Source: Polyangiaceae bacterium
Lineage (GTDB): Bacteria > Myxococcota_A > Polyangia > Polyangiales > Polyangiaceae
Direction: 5' to 3'
NCBI GenBank assembly: GCA_033763455.1
Contig: JANRKO010000030.1
Location: 1 to 32,608, forward strand
Length of the DNA: 32,608 nucleotides
The position numbers and the translations under genes are program-made. The first letter of the stretch is position 1. Every line of letters begins with the position of its first letter. Positions 1-8,977 of this stretch are shown piece after piece. The notes below the pieces were generated by a model. That model was not told where the DNA came from. It was given only the letters and a program-made list of their open reading frames with translations, and ran no database searches.

Positions 1-8
1 TGCGTGGC

Positions 9-66
9 AGCTCCGCGCTGCGACGGAGGGCTTGCGACCTGAATAGCCCCGGGCAGCGCGGCAGCT
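9..66. other. Hairpin 1 (inverted repeat with nested inner stem)
   Basis: ccgcgctgc (13-21) is the exact reverse complement of gcagcgcgg (53-61). There is an inner stem gggct 28-32 / agccc 45-49. An outer agct 9-12 / agct 63-66 pairs if c62 bulges. Confidence 0.55.
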
Positions 67-140
67 CGTTTTTGGGATTGGGGATAAACAGGGCGGAAGA
101 GGCGGCGACTGTCTGTGGATGCCCAATCCCAAAAACGAGC
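64..140. repeat. 19-bp perfect inverted repeat (long hairpin)
   Basis: gctcgtttttgggattggg (64-82) is the exact reverse complement of cccaatcccaaaaacgagc (122-140). Pairing continues imperfectly inward (at 84-85/at 119-120; acag 88-91/ctgt 113-116). Confidence 0.9.
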
Positions 141-349
141 CGATGGGGGATTTACTGGCATGGGTAACACCTGATAGTAGTTAACCTAGGACGATGTCAG
201 GCAGACCACGACCACAAGGAATTCTACCCTTCCAAGTAGAAGTGAAAGCTATTAAGAAGCATATCGACGTGGGGCAGAGAAACACGGGCTTCGGTGATGT
301 TAGGAAGCTAGATGCCTTGGTGCTGTTGTTGGCAGCCGGTGGCTTCGCG

Positions 350-712
350 CTATTCAATCTCGCCGGCAGTCTGAGCGAACATGCCGGAAAGCTCGTGCTC
401 CGTATCGCTCGCGCGGCCGAAAATCTGGTCGACTTTATAGCCTCTCGCCGTCGATTGGCCGCGCTTGTTGTCTCTACCGTCTGACGACGCGTGGCCCACC
501 TCGTCCTCCTTGTCGCTCTTCAAACGGGCTCGGTTTTCTGAGGCGAGGCGAAGCTTTGCCCCCTCTTCAACAACTGCGCTTTCTCTCTCGCCTCGCCTCA
601 GAAAATCGAGCTCCGGATCAACATCCAGCGACCCCTCAAAATCCGCATCAACATCTATGCCACCGGATCGGGGGCCTTGCTCCCAAATTGCACCGGGCCG
701 ATTTTCAGGCAT
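350..712 (-). CDS. Hypothetical acidic protein (uncertain; overlaps competing + ORF 194..484)
   Basis: ATG start, D/E-rich, divergent from the 800 gene. The Ser-rich shadow frame 465..827 is typical of the antisense of a real gene. No recognisable domain. Confidence 0.35.
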   Translation of the reverse strand: MPENRPGAIWEQGPRSGGIDVDADFEGSLDVDPELDFLRRGERESAVVEEGAKLRLASENRARLKSDKEDEVGHASSDGRDNKRGQSTARGYKVDQIFGRASDTEHELSGMFAQTAGEIE

Positions 713-799
713 GAACTATCACCGAGGTTTTCCGCGGCATAGGCTGGAGTTTGCATGGGAAGCGGTGAGCCAACCCCAGGGTTCCGCTAAGGTGTTGCC

Positions 800-3700
800 A
801 TGGCAAAATTCCGTTGGGCTCTTCTAGGGGGTGGGTTTTTGATGTTAGCCTGTACAGGCGTTCCTGCTAAGGCTCCCGCCCCGCACGTTGCTTCGCCGAA
901 AACTCCGAACGCAAAGCTTGTGCAACCGGTCTCTCAAACGCCTATCGTTAAGCTGCCAAGTGGCGCTCACGAACCTATTACCGTAAAGGCTGTGGTTCGC
1001 GGAGCGCGCGTGGCGTCTGCATTCGTGGGGGATTGGGAGATTTCGGAAGTTCAGCTCCCGGTGGATTGGCGCGCGACCGGTGACGCGGGAGCCCTTTCGC
1101 ATGTCGCCGTGGAAGGTGAAGAGGGCGCGCCGTTTTCGTTCGGAGTGAGGGGAAATGGCACGGAGCCCAAGGCAGGTGTAGCCGTGAACAGCCAAGGTGA
1201 CACACTCTGGCTGCGACGTAGCCGTGCCCACACTGCCAACCGATTGCAGGTGCGGCTCTACACCCAAGCCACCGAATATGAATCCGGGCAAATCTACACC
1301 GTAGAAGTCGAAGATGCGCCGAGCGCGCCCGCCCGGGAAACCAAAAAGGCCAGCACGAAGCCCAAGCCAGCCGAAGTCATCAAAGCCGAAGACGCTCGAG
1401 CAGCGCCCTTCTTCAAGAAATTCTTGCTCGCCCTGGCAACGTATGCCGATGAGCAGCCGAGCGACATTCCATTCTTTGAAGCAGCGCGCGACAAACTTCT
1501 GAAGGCTGCCACTGGCAACACTACGAAGCCCCCTCGCTTCCGAAGAACTGAACCAGTGCTGAAGGCAGACTGGCAGGAGCTGATGAGCCTGAGCACCGGG
1601 CTTACCTCGATAGATGGAGCTCTTCAAGCTAACACCGTGCTGCAAACCGACGCGCGCAAATCGCGCGCTACCATACCGCTTTCCGAGCTGCCTCCGCCAC
1701 GCCTTGCGAATCACGATTGGCCCAACATGTTGCGCATCCTCGGGCGTACGCCCCCGAGCGAAACGCTAGCGCACGCGACCCCCAAGGGCTTCTACTACGC
1801 ACGTGCCAAACAGCTAGATTCGCTGTTTCAACTGCTCGATGAAGCCGACACGTGGATTACGCCCGCCCTCGGGCTGCTGGAGCGTCACCACCAATCGCGC
1901 GATCTAGTGCAACGCTACCAACTCGCGCTGGGCCTAAAGCGTACCCAGCTCACCGAGCTTTTCGGTCCCACTTTGATCGAACAAGTCGCGCTAGTAGGTC
2001 GCGACCCCTTTTTCGCTCTGGGTTCGGACGTAAGCCTGCTGTTTAAGGTAAAGAGCACCACAGCATTCGGGCTAGCCCTGGCTCAAGCTCTACGGGGTAT
2101 GGAGGCACTCCACGGCACGGCCACCACGACCACCACCGAACACCAAGGCACAAGCGTGACTTTGACCCAAACGCCCGATCACGCGGTGCACCGATTCTCT
2201 GCTGTTCTAGGGGACATCTACATTGTTTCAAATAGCCACACTGCCGTCGAATGCGTGCTCGACACCCTACAAAAGAGAGCCCCTTCGCTCGCGCTGGAAC
2301 CTGATTTTCGCTACATGCTCGCCCGCGACGCCACGCTTCCCGAAGATATCTTGCTGTATGCAGGCGAGCAATTCTTGGCCGATTTGGTGAGCCCCGGCTT
2401 GCGCATCTTAGACGCTCGCCGCAAGTTGGCGCGCTCCGAAATCCTCGGATTGAGCTACGCAAGTTTGACGCACGCCTGGGCGTACGGGAGTTTACCAGGC
2501 GATGCGAAGGAGCTCGCTGCGCGCGGATTTTTGCAACCAAGCGAACGCACGCACTTCGATCGAAGCTCCATCGAATTGGACACTCGAAAGGGTCCCTCGT
2601 CGAAGTGGGGTAACCCGAGTGCGATGACACCATTGATTGATTTGGAACCTGTGAAGATGGTGACGACCACAGAGAAGCAAGGCTACGCCGACTTCGCGCG
2701 TGCCTACGAAAACGTGTGGTCGGATGCTATCGATCCTATCGCGCTCCGCATCCGCTTCAACGGGCCCGAAAAAGCTCGAACCCTGTCGGCGCACTTGCGC
2801 GTATTGCCGATAATTCAAGACCAGGATTACCGAGAAATCGCCACCTTGGTGGGCACCACGCGAATCGGAGCGGCCCCACTTCAAAGCGGCTTTCGAGCTC
2901 TGTTTGCGATTGCGAAAGACTCCGAGCTGCGAAGAGAGCTGGATGGCTCAGCCAGGGATGTGTTGGGACAAAAACTGGCCCTTAAGTGGGTGGGCGATTG
3001 GGCCCTGGTGGGGATGGCCGATACCACTTCGGTTGCTAACACCCTGCAACCCTTTCTCCGCAAGAAGCTAACCGCCAACGACGATCAGCCCAAAGAAATG
3101 CAGGCCGTCTTCCAACTTCCGCTATACGCAGCCATCGGCATTGATAGCCCTGCGTTGGCAGCACTCGCACTCGGCGTCGCCAAGCAAAAGATCACGGAAC
3201 TCGGAGACGGCATGGTGAGGCTGGGTGCAGATCTCAATTACCGCGATCAAGCGATCTCGGAACTACAAGGCCCCACAGGCGAACGCGCCTACCTGGCCCT
3301 CACGCCACACGCCTTCTATCTGAGCCTCAGCCTGCCCACGTTAAAATCGCTGATCGACGACGAGAAGAGCGGCAAGTTGCCAAAGAGCACCCGAAGAGCA
3401 TCCCACGAGAACGGTCAATTTTTCTTGGAGCTTGCAGGAGAAAAGCAGGGCGGCCTCTTTACTAGCCTTCTTTGGGCTCTCGACGAATGGCAGGGGGAAA
3501 CACCTGATTTTTCGCGAGAAAGGGCTTTCATCTCGTTCGCGGCGTTCAACCCCGGATATCCGAACGACGTTTGGCAACTCACGAACAGTTACCTCGGAGC
3601 CGTGCCTCTCACGCGCGACGGACGCAACTTCCTCTGGACCAAAGAGGGCGTGAGCGATCCAGTGCGAGGAACAGCTAACCGACCCGTGTGGCCACCGCTA

Positions 3701-3895
3701 CCTGTGGCCAACTCAGCGCTGGATCGTATCTTGAGCTCCTTGAGGGCCATCCGCACCAGTATCAGCTTTGAGCCTGAAGCGAGCCCCAACCCCGAGCGCC
3801 CAGAACGGAGCCTTGCCGTAACAGTCGATGTAAAGCGCGCCGCGAGCGATGTAGCGGTCGATGTAAAGCGCGCCGGAAGCAATTCAGCTAAGTGA
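800..3895 (+). CDS. Large hypothetical lipoprotein (1031 aa)
   Basis: Long ORF with N-terminal signal and lipobox (FLMLA-C), a Pro/Ala/Lys linker, then a large globular region with no motif I can name. Confidence 0.85.
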   Translation: MAKFRWALLGGGFLMLACTGVPAKAPAPHVASPKTPNAKLVQPVSQTPIVKLPSGAHEPITVKAVVRGARVASAFVGDWEISEVQLPVDWRATGDAGALSHVAVEGEEGAPFSFGVRGNGTEPKAGVAVNSQGDTLWLRRSRAHTANRLQVRLYTQATEYESGQIYTVEVEDAPSAPARETKKASTKPKPAEVIKAEDARAAPFFKKFLLALATYADEQPSDIPFFEAARDKLLKAATGNTTKPPRFRRTEPVLKADWQELMSLSTGLTSIDGALQANTVLQTDARKSRATIPLSELPPPRLANHDWPNMLRILGRTPPSETLAHATPKGFYYARAKQLDSLFQLLDEADTWITPALGLLERHHQSRDLVQRYQLALGLKRTQLTELFGPTLIEQVALVGRDPFFALGSDVSLLFKVKSTTAFGLALAQALRGMEALHGTATTTTTEHQGTSVTLTQTPDHAVHRFSAVLGDIYIVSNSHTAVECVLDTLQKRAPSLALEPDFRYMLARDATLPEDILLYAGEQFLADLVSPGLRILDARRKLARSEILGLSYASLTHAWAYGSLPGDAKELAARGFLQPSERTHFDRSSIELDTRKGPSSKWGNPSAMTPLIDLEPVKMVTTTEKQGYADFARAYENVWSDAIDPIALRIRFNGPEKARTLSAHLRVLPIIQDQDYREIATLVGTTRIGAAPLQSGFRALFAIAKDSELRRELDGSARDVLGQKLALKWVGDWALVGMADTTSVANTLQPFLRKKLTANDDQPKEMQAVFQLPLYAAIGIDSPALAALALGVAKQKITELGDGMVRLGADLNYRDQAISELQGPTGERAYLALTPHAFYLSLSLPTLKSLIDDEKSGKLPKSTRRASHENGQFFLELAGEKQGGLFTSLLWALDEWQGETPDFSRERAFISFAAFNPGYPNDVWQLTNSYLGAVPLTRDGRNFLWTKEGVSDPVRGTANRPVWPPLPVANSALDRILSSLRAIRTSISFEPEASPNPERPERSLAVTVDVKRAASDVAVDVKRAGSNSAK
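3824..3875 (+). repeat. 19-bp direct repeat x2 (33-bp period) at the 3' end of the CDS
   Basis: gtcgatgtaaagcgcgccg at 3824-3842 and 3857-3875, encoding VDVKRA twice. Confidence 0.9.
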
Positions 3896-3904
3896 GGTAC
3901 ACCC

Positions 3905-4282
3905 ATGTCTGACGACGACTCCGAACGACGAGTGCTTTCCCGTAAAGAGCTCGCCAAAGAGCAGCGAAAGGCCGCCTACCAGAAAGCAAAAGAGCGGCGC
4001 GCTAGCGATCCTCGCCACCTGGCCATGAAAGAGGCCGTTAAAGCTCAGCGGCGCGCCGACTACCAGAAGGCCAAAGCGAGCCGAAAAACGGTCGCTTCAG
4101 AAGCCAAAGCGAGCCGAAAAGCCAGTGCTTCAGAAGCCAAAGCCAACCGAAAGGTTGCCGCAGCTAAAGAGCAGCTTGCAGCAACCCGAAGCCCGGAGCC
4201 CACGGCACAACGGCTCGAAAAGAACGAAGCGCTCGCGGCGCTCGCGGGCTGGATGAGCAAAGGTTCCACGGCCAAGAACTGA
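3905..4282 (+). CDS. Small basic Lys/Ala/Arg-rich helical protein
   Basis: SD-like gaggt upstream and a 9-bp gap after the previous stop. Internal repeats QRxAxYQKAK x2 and an 11-aa AKASRK unit x~2.5. Confidence 0.8.
   Translation: MSDDDSERRVLSRKELAKEQRKAAYQKAKERRASDPRHLAMKEAVKAQRRADYQKAKASRKTVASEAKASRKASASEAKANRKVAAAKEQLAATRSPEPTAQRLEKNEALAALAGWMSKGSTAKN
4070..4153 (+). repeat. 33-bp imperfect tandem repeat (~2.5 copies)
   Basis: gccaaagcgagccgaaaa at 4070 and 4103; gccaaagccaaccgaaag at 4136. Confidence 0.85.
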
Positions 4283-4355
4283 GGCTTGGCTTTGTTCCCA
4301 CAGCGGACGCGCGAAGCGCAAACCGTAGCTATCGAGCGGTAAGCGTGAAGTTGAT

Positions 4356-6302
4356 TCACGACGGGGTGGCTTTGCCCTCTCGCCTGGCTGAATCGTTGGT
4401 AATCTCTTCGGTCGCTTCCTCGGCAAGGCCTTCAGCTGCTTCCTCGGCTTCCGCTTGCGCTTCTGCCAGTGCTTCAGCCGTGGGGAGCGGCTCGGAATGC
4501 CACCCGCGCACGCCGTGCATGTCGGCGGTTAAGCGGTCGTTTTCCATCTGACGCTCAAGCTGGTCGCGGGCCGAGATCGCCATGCGCGTTCGAGCCTCCA
4601 CATCTTGCCAGTGCGGCAAGATAGCTTCCATGGCTCGCACATTATGACGACGGAAGACGTCGGCTCGCTCCTTGGCCTCGTAGGGGCGGACACCTAAAAA
4701 CTGAAGGGCGTGGCGACCCACCGTGATGGCCGCCTCGAAGGTTTCGCGCTCCACCACCTCGACGCCCAAGGAACGCAAACGCTGCCAGTGCCCGACGTTG
4801 CGAGCTCGCGCCACGATGCGAAGCCTCGGGAAGTTTTCGCGCACCGTCTCGACAAGCTTCACGCTACTCTCCACGTCGTCAATGGCGACCACCAACACCT
4901 GAGCCTGCAAGGCCCCTGCAGCGTGCAGCAAATCCAGCCGCGTGGCGTCGCCGTAGTAGATACGAAAGTTGAAGCGTTTAAGCAGCTCGATCGTATCTGG
5001 ATCGTGGTCGAGCACTGTGGCCTTGATGCCACTCGCGAATAAGAGCCGGCCCACGATCTGCCCGAAGCGGCCGAAGCCGGCGATGATTACGGGCGTGCCC
5101 TCGTCGACGATCTCGTCGGCATCGCGCTCTGGGTCATGCTGCCGGCGCAAGATCAACTTGTCGTGCAAGATCATCAGCAGAGGCGTGAGGGCCATCGAAA
5201 GCGCCACCGCGAGCGTTAACAGGGCATCCCAGTCGCCAGGCAACAACCTGGCCGAACGCGCGACGCCAAACACCACGAACGCGAACTCACCGCCCTGCGC
5301 CAGCAGAGCACCGATCAGCCAACGCTGCTTGGTGGTAATGCCCAGCGGTCCCGCCACCAACCTGAGTGCCAGCACCTTCAGCACCTGAAAGCCGAGCACC
5401 AGTCCCAGCACGAACAACGGCCGATGCGTGAGCAACCCAAAGTCGATGCTCATGCCCACGGCAATGAAAAACAGGCCCATGAGCAAGCCCTTGAACGGCT
5501 CGATGTCACCTTCCAGCGCGTGTCGGTACTCAGACCCGGCAAGTAGCACGCCCGCCAGGAAAGCTCCGAGCGCCATCGAGATGCCGACACTGGCCATGAT
5601 TTGTGCGATGCCGAGGACCAGCAAAAGGGCAAAGCCGGTGAAAACCTCGCGCAGCCCGGTCGAGGCCAAAATGCGCAGCACAGGGCGCGTCAAGAAACGG
5701 CCGATCACGAACACCGCCGCAACCGCGAAGAGAACCTTGCCAGCACCCAGCCAGCCCGAGCCCTGCGATGCTGCGCCGGGCGCGGCCTCGGCCAACAGCG
5801 GCACCATCGCCAAAAGTGGAATTGCGGCGATATCTTGAAACAGCAAGATGGCAAACGACGTCTTACCCACAGGTGAGGTGAGCAGGCTCTTCTCGGCCAT
5901 GGTCTGCATGGCCACAGCGGTCGAGGAGAGGCCCAAGGCCAAGCCAGCCACCAACGCACCTTGCCAGGGCAAGCCAAGCGCCAAGAGCCCCAAGCCGAGC
6001 GGCGTCGCGCACGCAAACAGTTGCAGCGAGCCTCCGCCGAACACGCTCCTTCGCATCTTCCAAAGGTGCGAAGGATCCAGCTCCAAGCCGATCACAAACA
6101 GCATCAAAACCACGCCAATCTCGGCAAATTCGAGGGTGGCGTGGGGGTCGGCCACGAGGCGCAGCCCAAATGGGCCGATAATGCACCCCGCCGCCAAGTA
6201 GCCCAGCACCGAGCCGAGCTTGGAACGGCTGGCGAGCGGCACGCAGACCACGGCCGCGGCCAGGTAAACGATGGCGTCCGTCAAGATCGAGTGCTGACTC
6301 AC
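4356..6302 (-). CDS. kefC: Glutathione-regulated K+ efflux antiporter (CPA2 family, KefC/KefB) with KTN domain
   Basis: Multi-TM CPA2 motifs (LFQD, DIEPFKGLLMGLFF, QGGEFAFV) and a KTN domain (GFGRFGQ, YYGDATRLDLL). GTG start overlaps the kefF stop (GTGA). Confidence 0.93.
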   Translation of the reverse strand: MSQHSILTDAIVYLAAAVVCVPLASRSKLGSVLGYLAAGCIIGPFGLRLVADPHATLEFAEIGVVLMLFVIGLELDPSHLWKMRRSVFGGGSLQLFACATPLGLGLLALGLPWQGALVAGLALGLSSTAVAMQTMAEKSLLTSPVGKTSFAILLFQDIAAIPLLAMVPLLAEAAPGAASQGSGWLGAGKVLFAVAAVFVIGRFLTRPVLRILASTGLREVFTGFALLLVLGIAQIMASVGISMALGAFLAGVLLAGSEYRHALEGDIEPFKGLLMGLFFIAVGMSIDFGLLTHRPLFVLGLVLGFQVLKVLALRLVAGPLGITTKQRWLIGALLAQGGEFAFVVFGVARSARLLPGDWDALLTLAVALSMALTPLLMILHDKLILRRQHDPERDADEIVDEGTPVIIAGFGRFGQIVGRLLFASGIKATVLDHDPDTIELLKRFNFRIYYGDATRLDLLHAAGALQAQVLVVAIDDVESSVKLVETVRENFPRLRIVARARNVGHWQRLRSLGVEVVERETFEAAITVGRHALQFLGVRPYEAKERADVFRRHNVRAMEAILPHWQDVEARTRMAISARDQLERQMENDRLTADMHGVRGWHSEPLPTAEALAEAQAEAEEAAEGLAEEATEEITNDSARREGKATPS

Positions 6303-6844
6303 GGCGTCTCCTCCTGCACTTGGCGGCGAAGTTGCGTCAGCCGTTGCCGGTACTGGCGCCCGTACTCAGCAAGCTCTTCATCGCTAAGCCGGTGCGAACC
6401 GTGAACAATCAATGGAGCCTCCCAGCTCATCTGACAGAACCGCGCGGTCTGCTCGATAGGCGGCACATATTCGTGAAAAGGCAACCGGTGCATACCGGCA
6501 GGACCGTAGGCGGCTGGCTCTCCGCCTGTCGTGGTCACCCACAAACAACGTTTGCCGCGCAGCGCGTCACCACCGTCACCATAAGCCCAGCCGCGCACGA
6601 GCACCTTGTCAAACCAGTGCTTCAACATGCCGGGCGGTGAGTACCAATACGTCGGGTGCTGCCACACCACCACCTTGGCCCGGGTTAGCGCCTCCTGCTC
6701 GGCTGGGACGTCTATGTCGAAGGCTGGGTACAAGTCGTAGAGCGAGCGCACAGTAAGCCCGTCGACATCGCGGACCGCATCCATCAGCGCCTTATTCGCT
6801 CGCGACTTATCGGGATACGGGTGAGCCGAGATCAGCAACAACAT
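6299..6844 (-). CDS. kefF: Kef ancillary flavodoxin-fold NAD(P)H:quinone oxidoreductase (KefF/KefG)
   Basis: AHPYPDKSRAN, LYDLYP.F.IDV..EQ, QHP.YWYS.P..LK.W.DKV and TTTGG motifs; lies directly upstream of kefC. Confidence 0.92.
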   Translation of the reverse strand: MLLLISAHPYPDKSRANKALMDAVRDVDGLTVRSLYDLYPAFDIDVPAEQEALTRAKVVVWQHPTYWYSPPGMLKHWFDKVLVRGWAYGDGGDALRGKRCLWVTTTGGEPAAYGPAGMHRLPFHEYVPPIEQTARFCQMSWEAPLIVHGSHRLSDEELAEYGRQYRQRLTQLRRQVQEETP

Positions 6845-6961
6845 AATTGGCTGCTTACCCCAAAACCTCGCAACCCAAAACCGCTCAGCCTAACCACGCA
6901 TGGTCTCCATTGGTAACGCCGCAGTTCTGCGCTAGCACACGGTGCTCTCCTAGCCCTCGCC

Positions 6962-7705
6962 ATGCTCTCGACACTCTTTGCTATCCTTCATCTGCTCAGC
7001 CTAGTTTTGGGTGTCGCTTGCTTGCTACTGCGTCGCGGGGCGCTCGCTCGGGCCCGGGAAGCTCGAGATCTCGCCCCGGTGCTCTACTGGGACAACTGGT
7101 ACGGCTTGGTCGCGCTTGTTTGGCTGGGCAGCGGACTCTACCGCGCCTTCGGTGGTATCGAAAAGGGGACCGACTATTACCTGCACAACCACGTGTTCTG
7201 GCTGAAGCTGCTAGTGCTGCTAGTGCTCTTGGCGGTGGAAGGGGTGCTGATGGTCACCTTCATTCGCTGGCGCATCGCCTTGGCCAAAGGTCGTCCTATA
7301 GATTTGACTCGACGCCCTCGGCTAGTGACTCTGCACCACGTGGAGTTTTGGGTGATTGTCGTGGTGGTCATTGCGGCCAGCACCATGGCGCGCGGCATCG
7401 GATCCGTTAAGACTCCAAGCGGGGTTGCCTCTGCAAACGCATCCGCAATCTCCCTCGGGGCCGAGCTTTACGCGCAGCACTGTGGTGCGTGCCACCAAGC
7501 CGATGGTCGCGGACTAAGTGGTAAGGTTGCAGGCGATTTCGTGGGCGATCCAACGCGGCTCGCCAAGTCCGACGCGCAGCTCCTCAGCAGCATCGCCCAA
7601 GGCGTGCCCGGCACGGCAATGCCAGGCTTCAGCAGTCGACTCGACAAAAAGCAACAGGAAGCTGTGCTCGCTTACATCCGTGCAACCTTCGGACAAGGGA
7701 ACTAG
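6962..7705 (+). CDS. DUF2214-family 4-TM membrane protein fused to a C-terminal monoheme cytochrome c
   Basis: N-terminal part has H in TM1, D..YG and EKG.DYY..N..F..K, typical of DUF2214. C-terminal part has G.ELY...CGACH.ADG.G and GVPGTAMPGF (axial Met). Confidence 0.85.
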   Translation: MLSTLFAILHLLSLVLGVACLLLRRGALARAREARDLAPVLYWDNWYGLVALVWLGSGLYRAFGGIEKGTDYYLHNHVFWLKLLVLLVLLAVEGVLMVTFIRWRIALAKGRPIDLTRRPRLVTLHHVEFWVIVVVVIAASTMARGIGSVKTPSGVASANASAISLGAELYAQHCGACHQADGRGLSGKVAGDFVGDPTRLAKSDAQLLSSIAQGVPGTAMPGFSSRLDKKQQEAVLAYIRATFGQGN

Positions 7706-7860
7706 GCGATGGCCGGGCTGAGCGAGCGTTTGGACGCTGGCCCGCAGGCCGCACGCCGCACGCAACTACGATCCTTGCATCTCCTGCCGCGCAGACGATA
7801 GGCTGGAGGATTGTGGTGGCACGTGAATAAAACGCGCGCGATCCTCGTCGAGGAAGGCTG

Positions 7861-8838
7861 ATGAGAACTACCGAATACCTTCGCCCACGGATCTGTTGGG
7901 GATGTGCCGTGATCTTGTGCGCTCTCAGCTTTGGTACCCAAGCTTGTGGTGGCACTTCGAATTCCGGTGGGACACCGAATGAGCCTGGGGCCGGACCCTC
8001 GGCACCAGTATCACCAGCGCAGGTAGCTGACGTACAGAGCTTCGTTTCGGCCTTGTGCGCCGAGTTCGCAACGTGCTGCAAGGCTGAGGGCCTACCGTCG
8101 GACGGCCTAGTTTGCCGCGCTCTGTATGGCGCTTTTATTCCCGCGGCGAGCTACAACTCCCAAGCAGGGGCCGCATGTTTGAGCGAGGTCCGCGCTGCAC
8201 AAGACAAGTGCACCGGAAATCCGATGGGCACACCTTCATGCAGCCGGATCTCTTCAGGTGGAGGCATCAGAAAGCCCGGGGAAACCTGTGAACAAGACAG
8301 CGATTGTGCCCCGGCGGATGCAGGTGAAGTGGAGTGCGCGTTCAGTTTCGCCAACAACGCACAGACACGGCAGTGTCAGATCCAGCTCCCGGGCACGGTT
8401 GGGAGCAAGCCTTGCGTCGGCACCCGAGACGGCAATACCACGTTTTCGTTTGGCGCAGGCGACACGATCCCAACCACTGGATACATTTGCGATGTGGCCA
8501 ATGGGTTAACCTGTAACTCAAACACGTTGGAATGCCAGCCACTTGCCGCGGTGGGCGAGCGCTGCACGAGCAGTACTTATGCCTGTGTAAAAACAGCCTA
8601 TTGCGACTTTCAAATGAACAGCTGCCGGCCTTTCAAGGCAATCGGCGCGACCTGCAGTGACCACTCTGAATGTGGTCCTGAAAGCTATTGCGCTTCTGGG
8701 ACCAAAACATGCACCGCTCGCCGGGCAAATGGTCAAGCCTGCACGGTCAACTCCGAATGCCTATCGGAGGATTGTACGAATGGGCTGTGCGCTCCCAACG
8801 CAGACCTTGGGCTCTCGCTCTTGTGCGGTGCGCCCTAG
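7861..8838 (+). CDS. Cys-rich lipoprotein
   Basis: Lipobox-like TQA-C followed by a G/S/P linker. 32 Cys, 28 of them after the lipobox, with repeated G..C.....C modules. Confidence 0.85.
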   Translation: MRTTEYLRPRICWGCAVILCALSFGTQACGGTSNSGGTPNEPGAGPSAPVSPAQVADVQSFVSALCAEFATCCKAEGLPSDGLVCRALYGAFIPAASYNSQAGAACLSEVRAAQDKCTGNPMGTPSCSRISSGGGIRKPGETCEQDSDCAPADAGEVECAFSFANNAQTRQCQIQLPGTVGSKPCVGTRDGNTTFSFGAGDTIPTTGYICDVANGLTCNSNTLECQPLAAVGERCTSSTYACVKTAYCDFQMNSCRPFKAIGATCSDHSECGPESYCASGTKTCTARRANGQACTVNSECLSEDCTNGLCAPNADLGLSLLCGAP

Positions 8839-8977
8839 AGGAGCTCCCGAGCGGGGTGGAGGAAGCACGTTGCGACTGCCGAACATCCATTAGTCGCACG
8901 AAGGCAAGTGAGCGCTGTGCGGAACACCTGTAAAACAGCTTCTACGTCCTAGTCATTCCGAATAATGGGGTTGCTCG

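Noticed and set aside
220..241. aattctac-ccttccaa-gtagaa resembles a Cas12a-type repeat stem (TCTAC/GTAGA)
   Set aside because: Single copy, no spacers, and no cas gene in the window.
7817..7831. TGGCACG as a sigma-54 promoter for the 7861 gene
   Set aside because: No TTGC-like -12 element at the required spacing.
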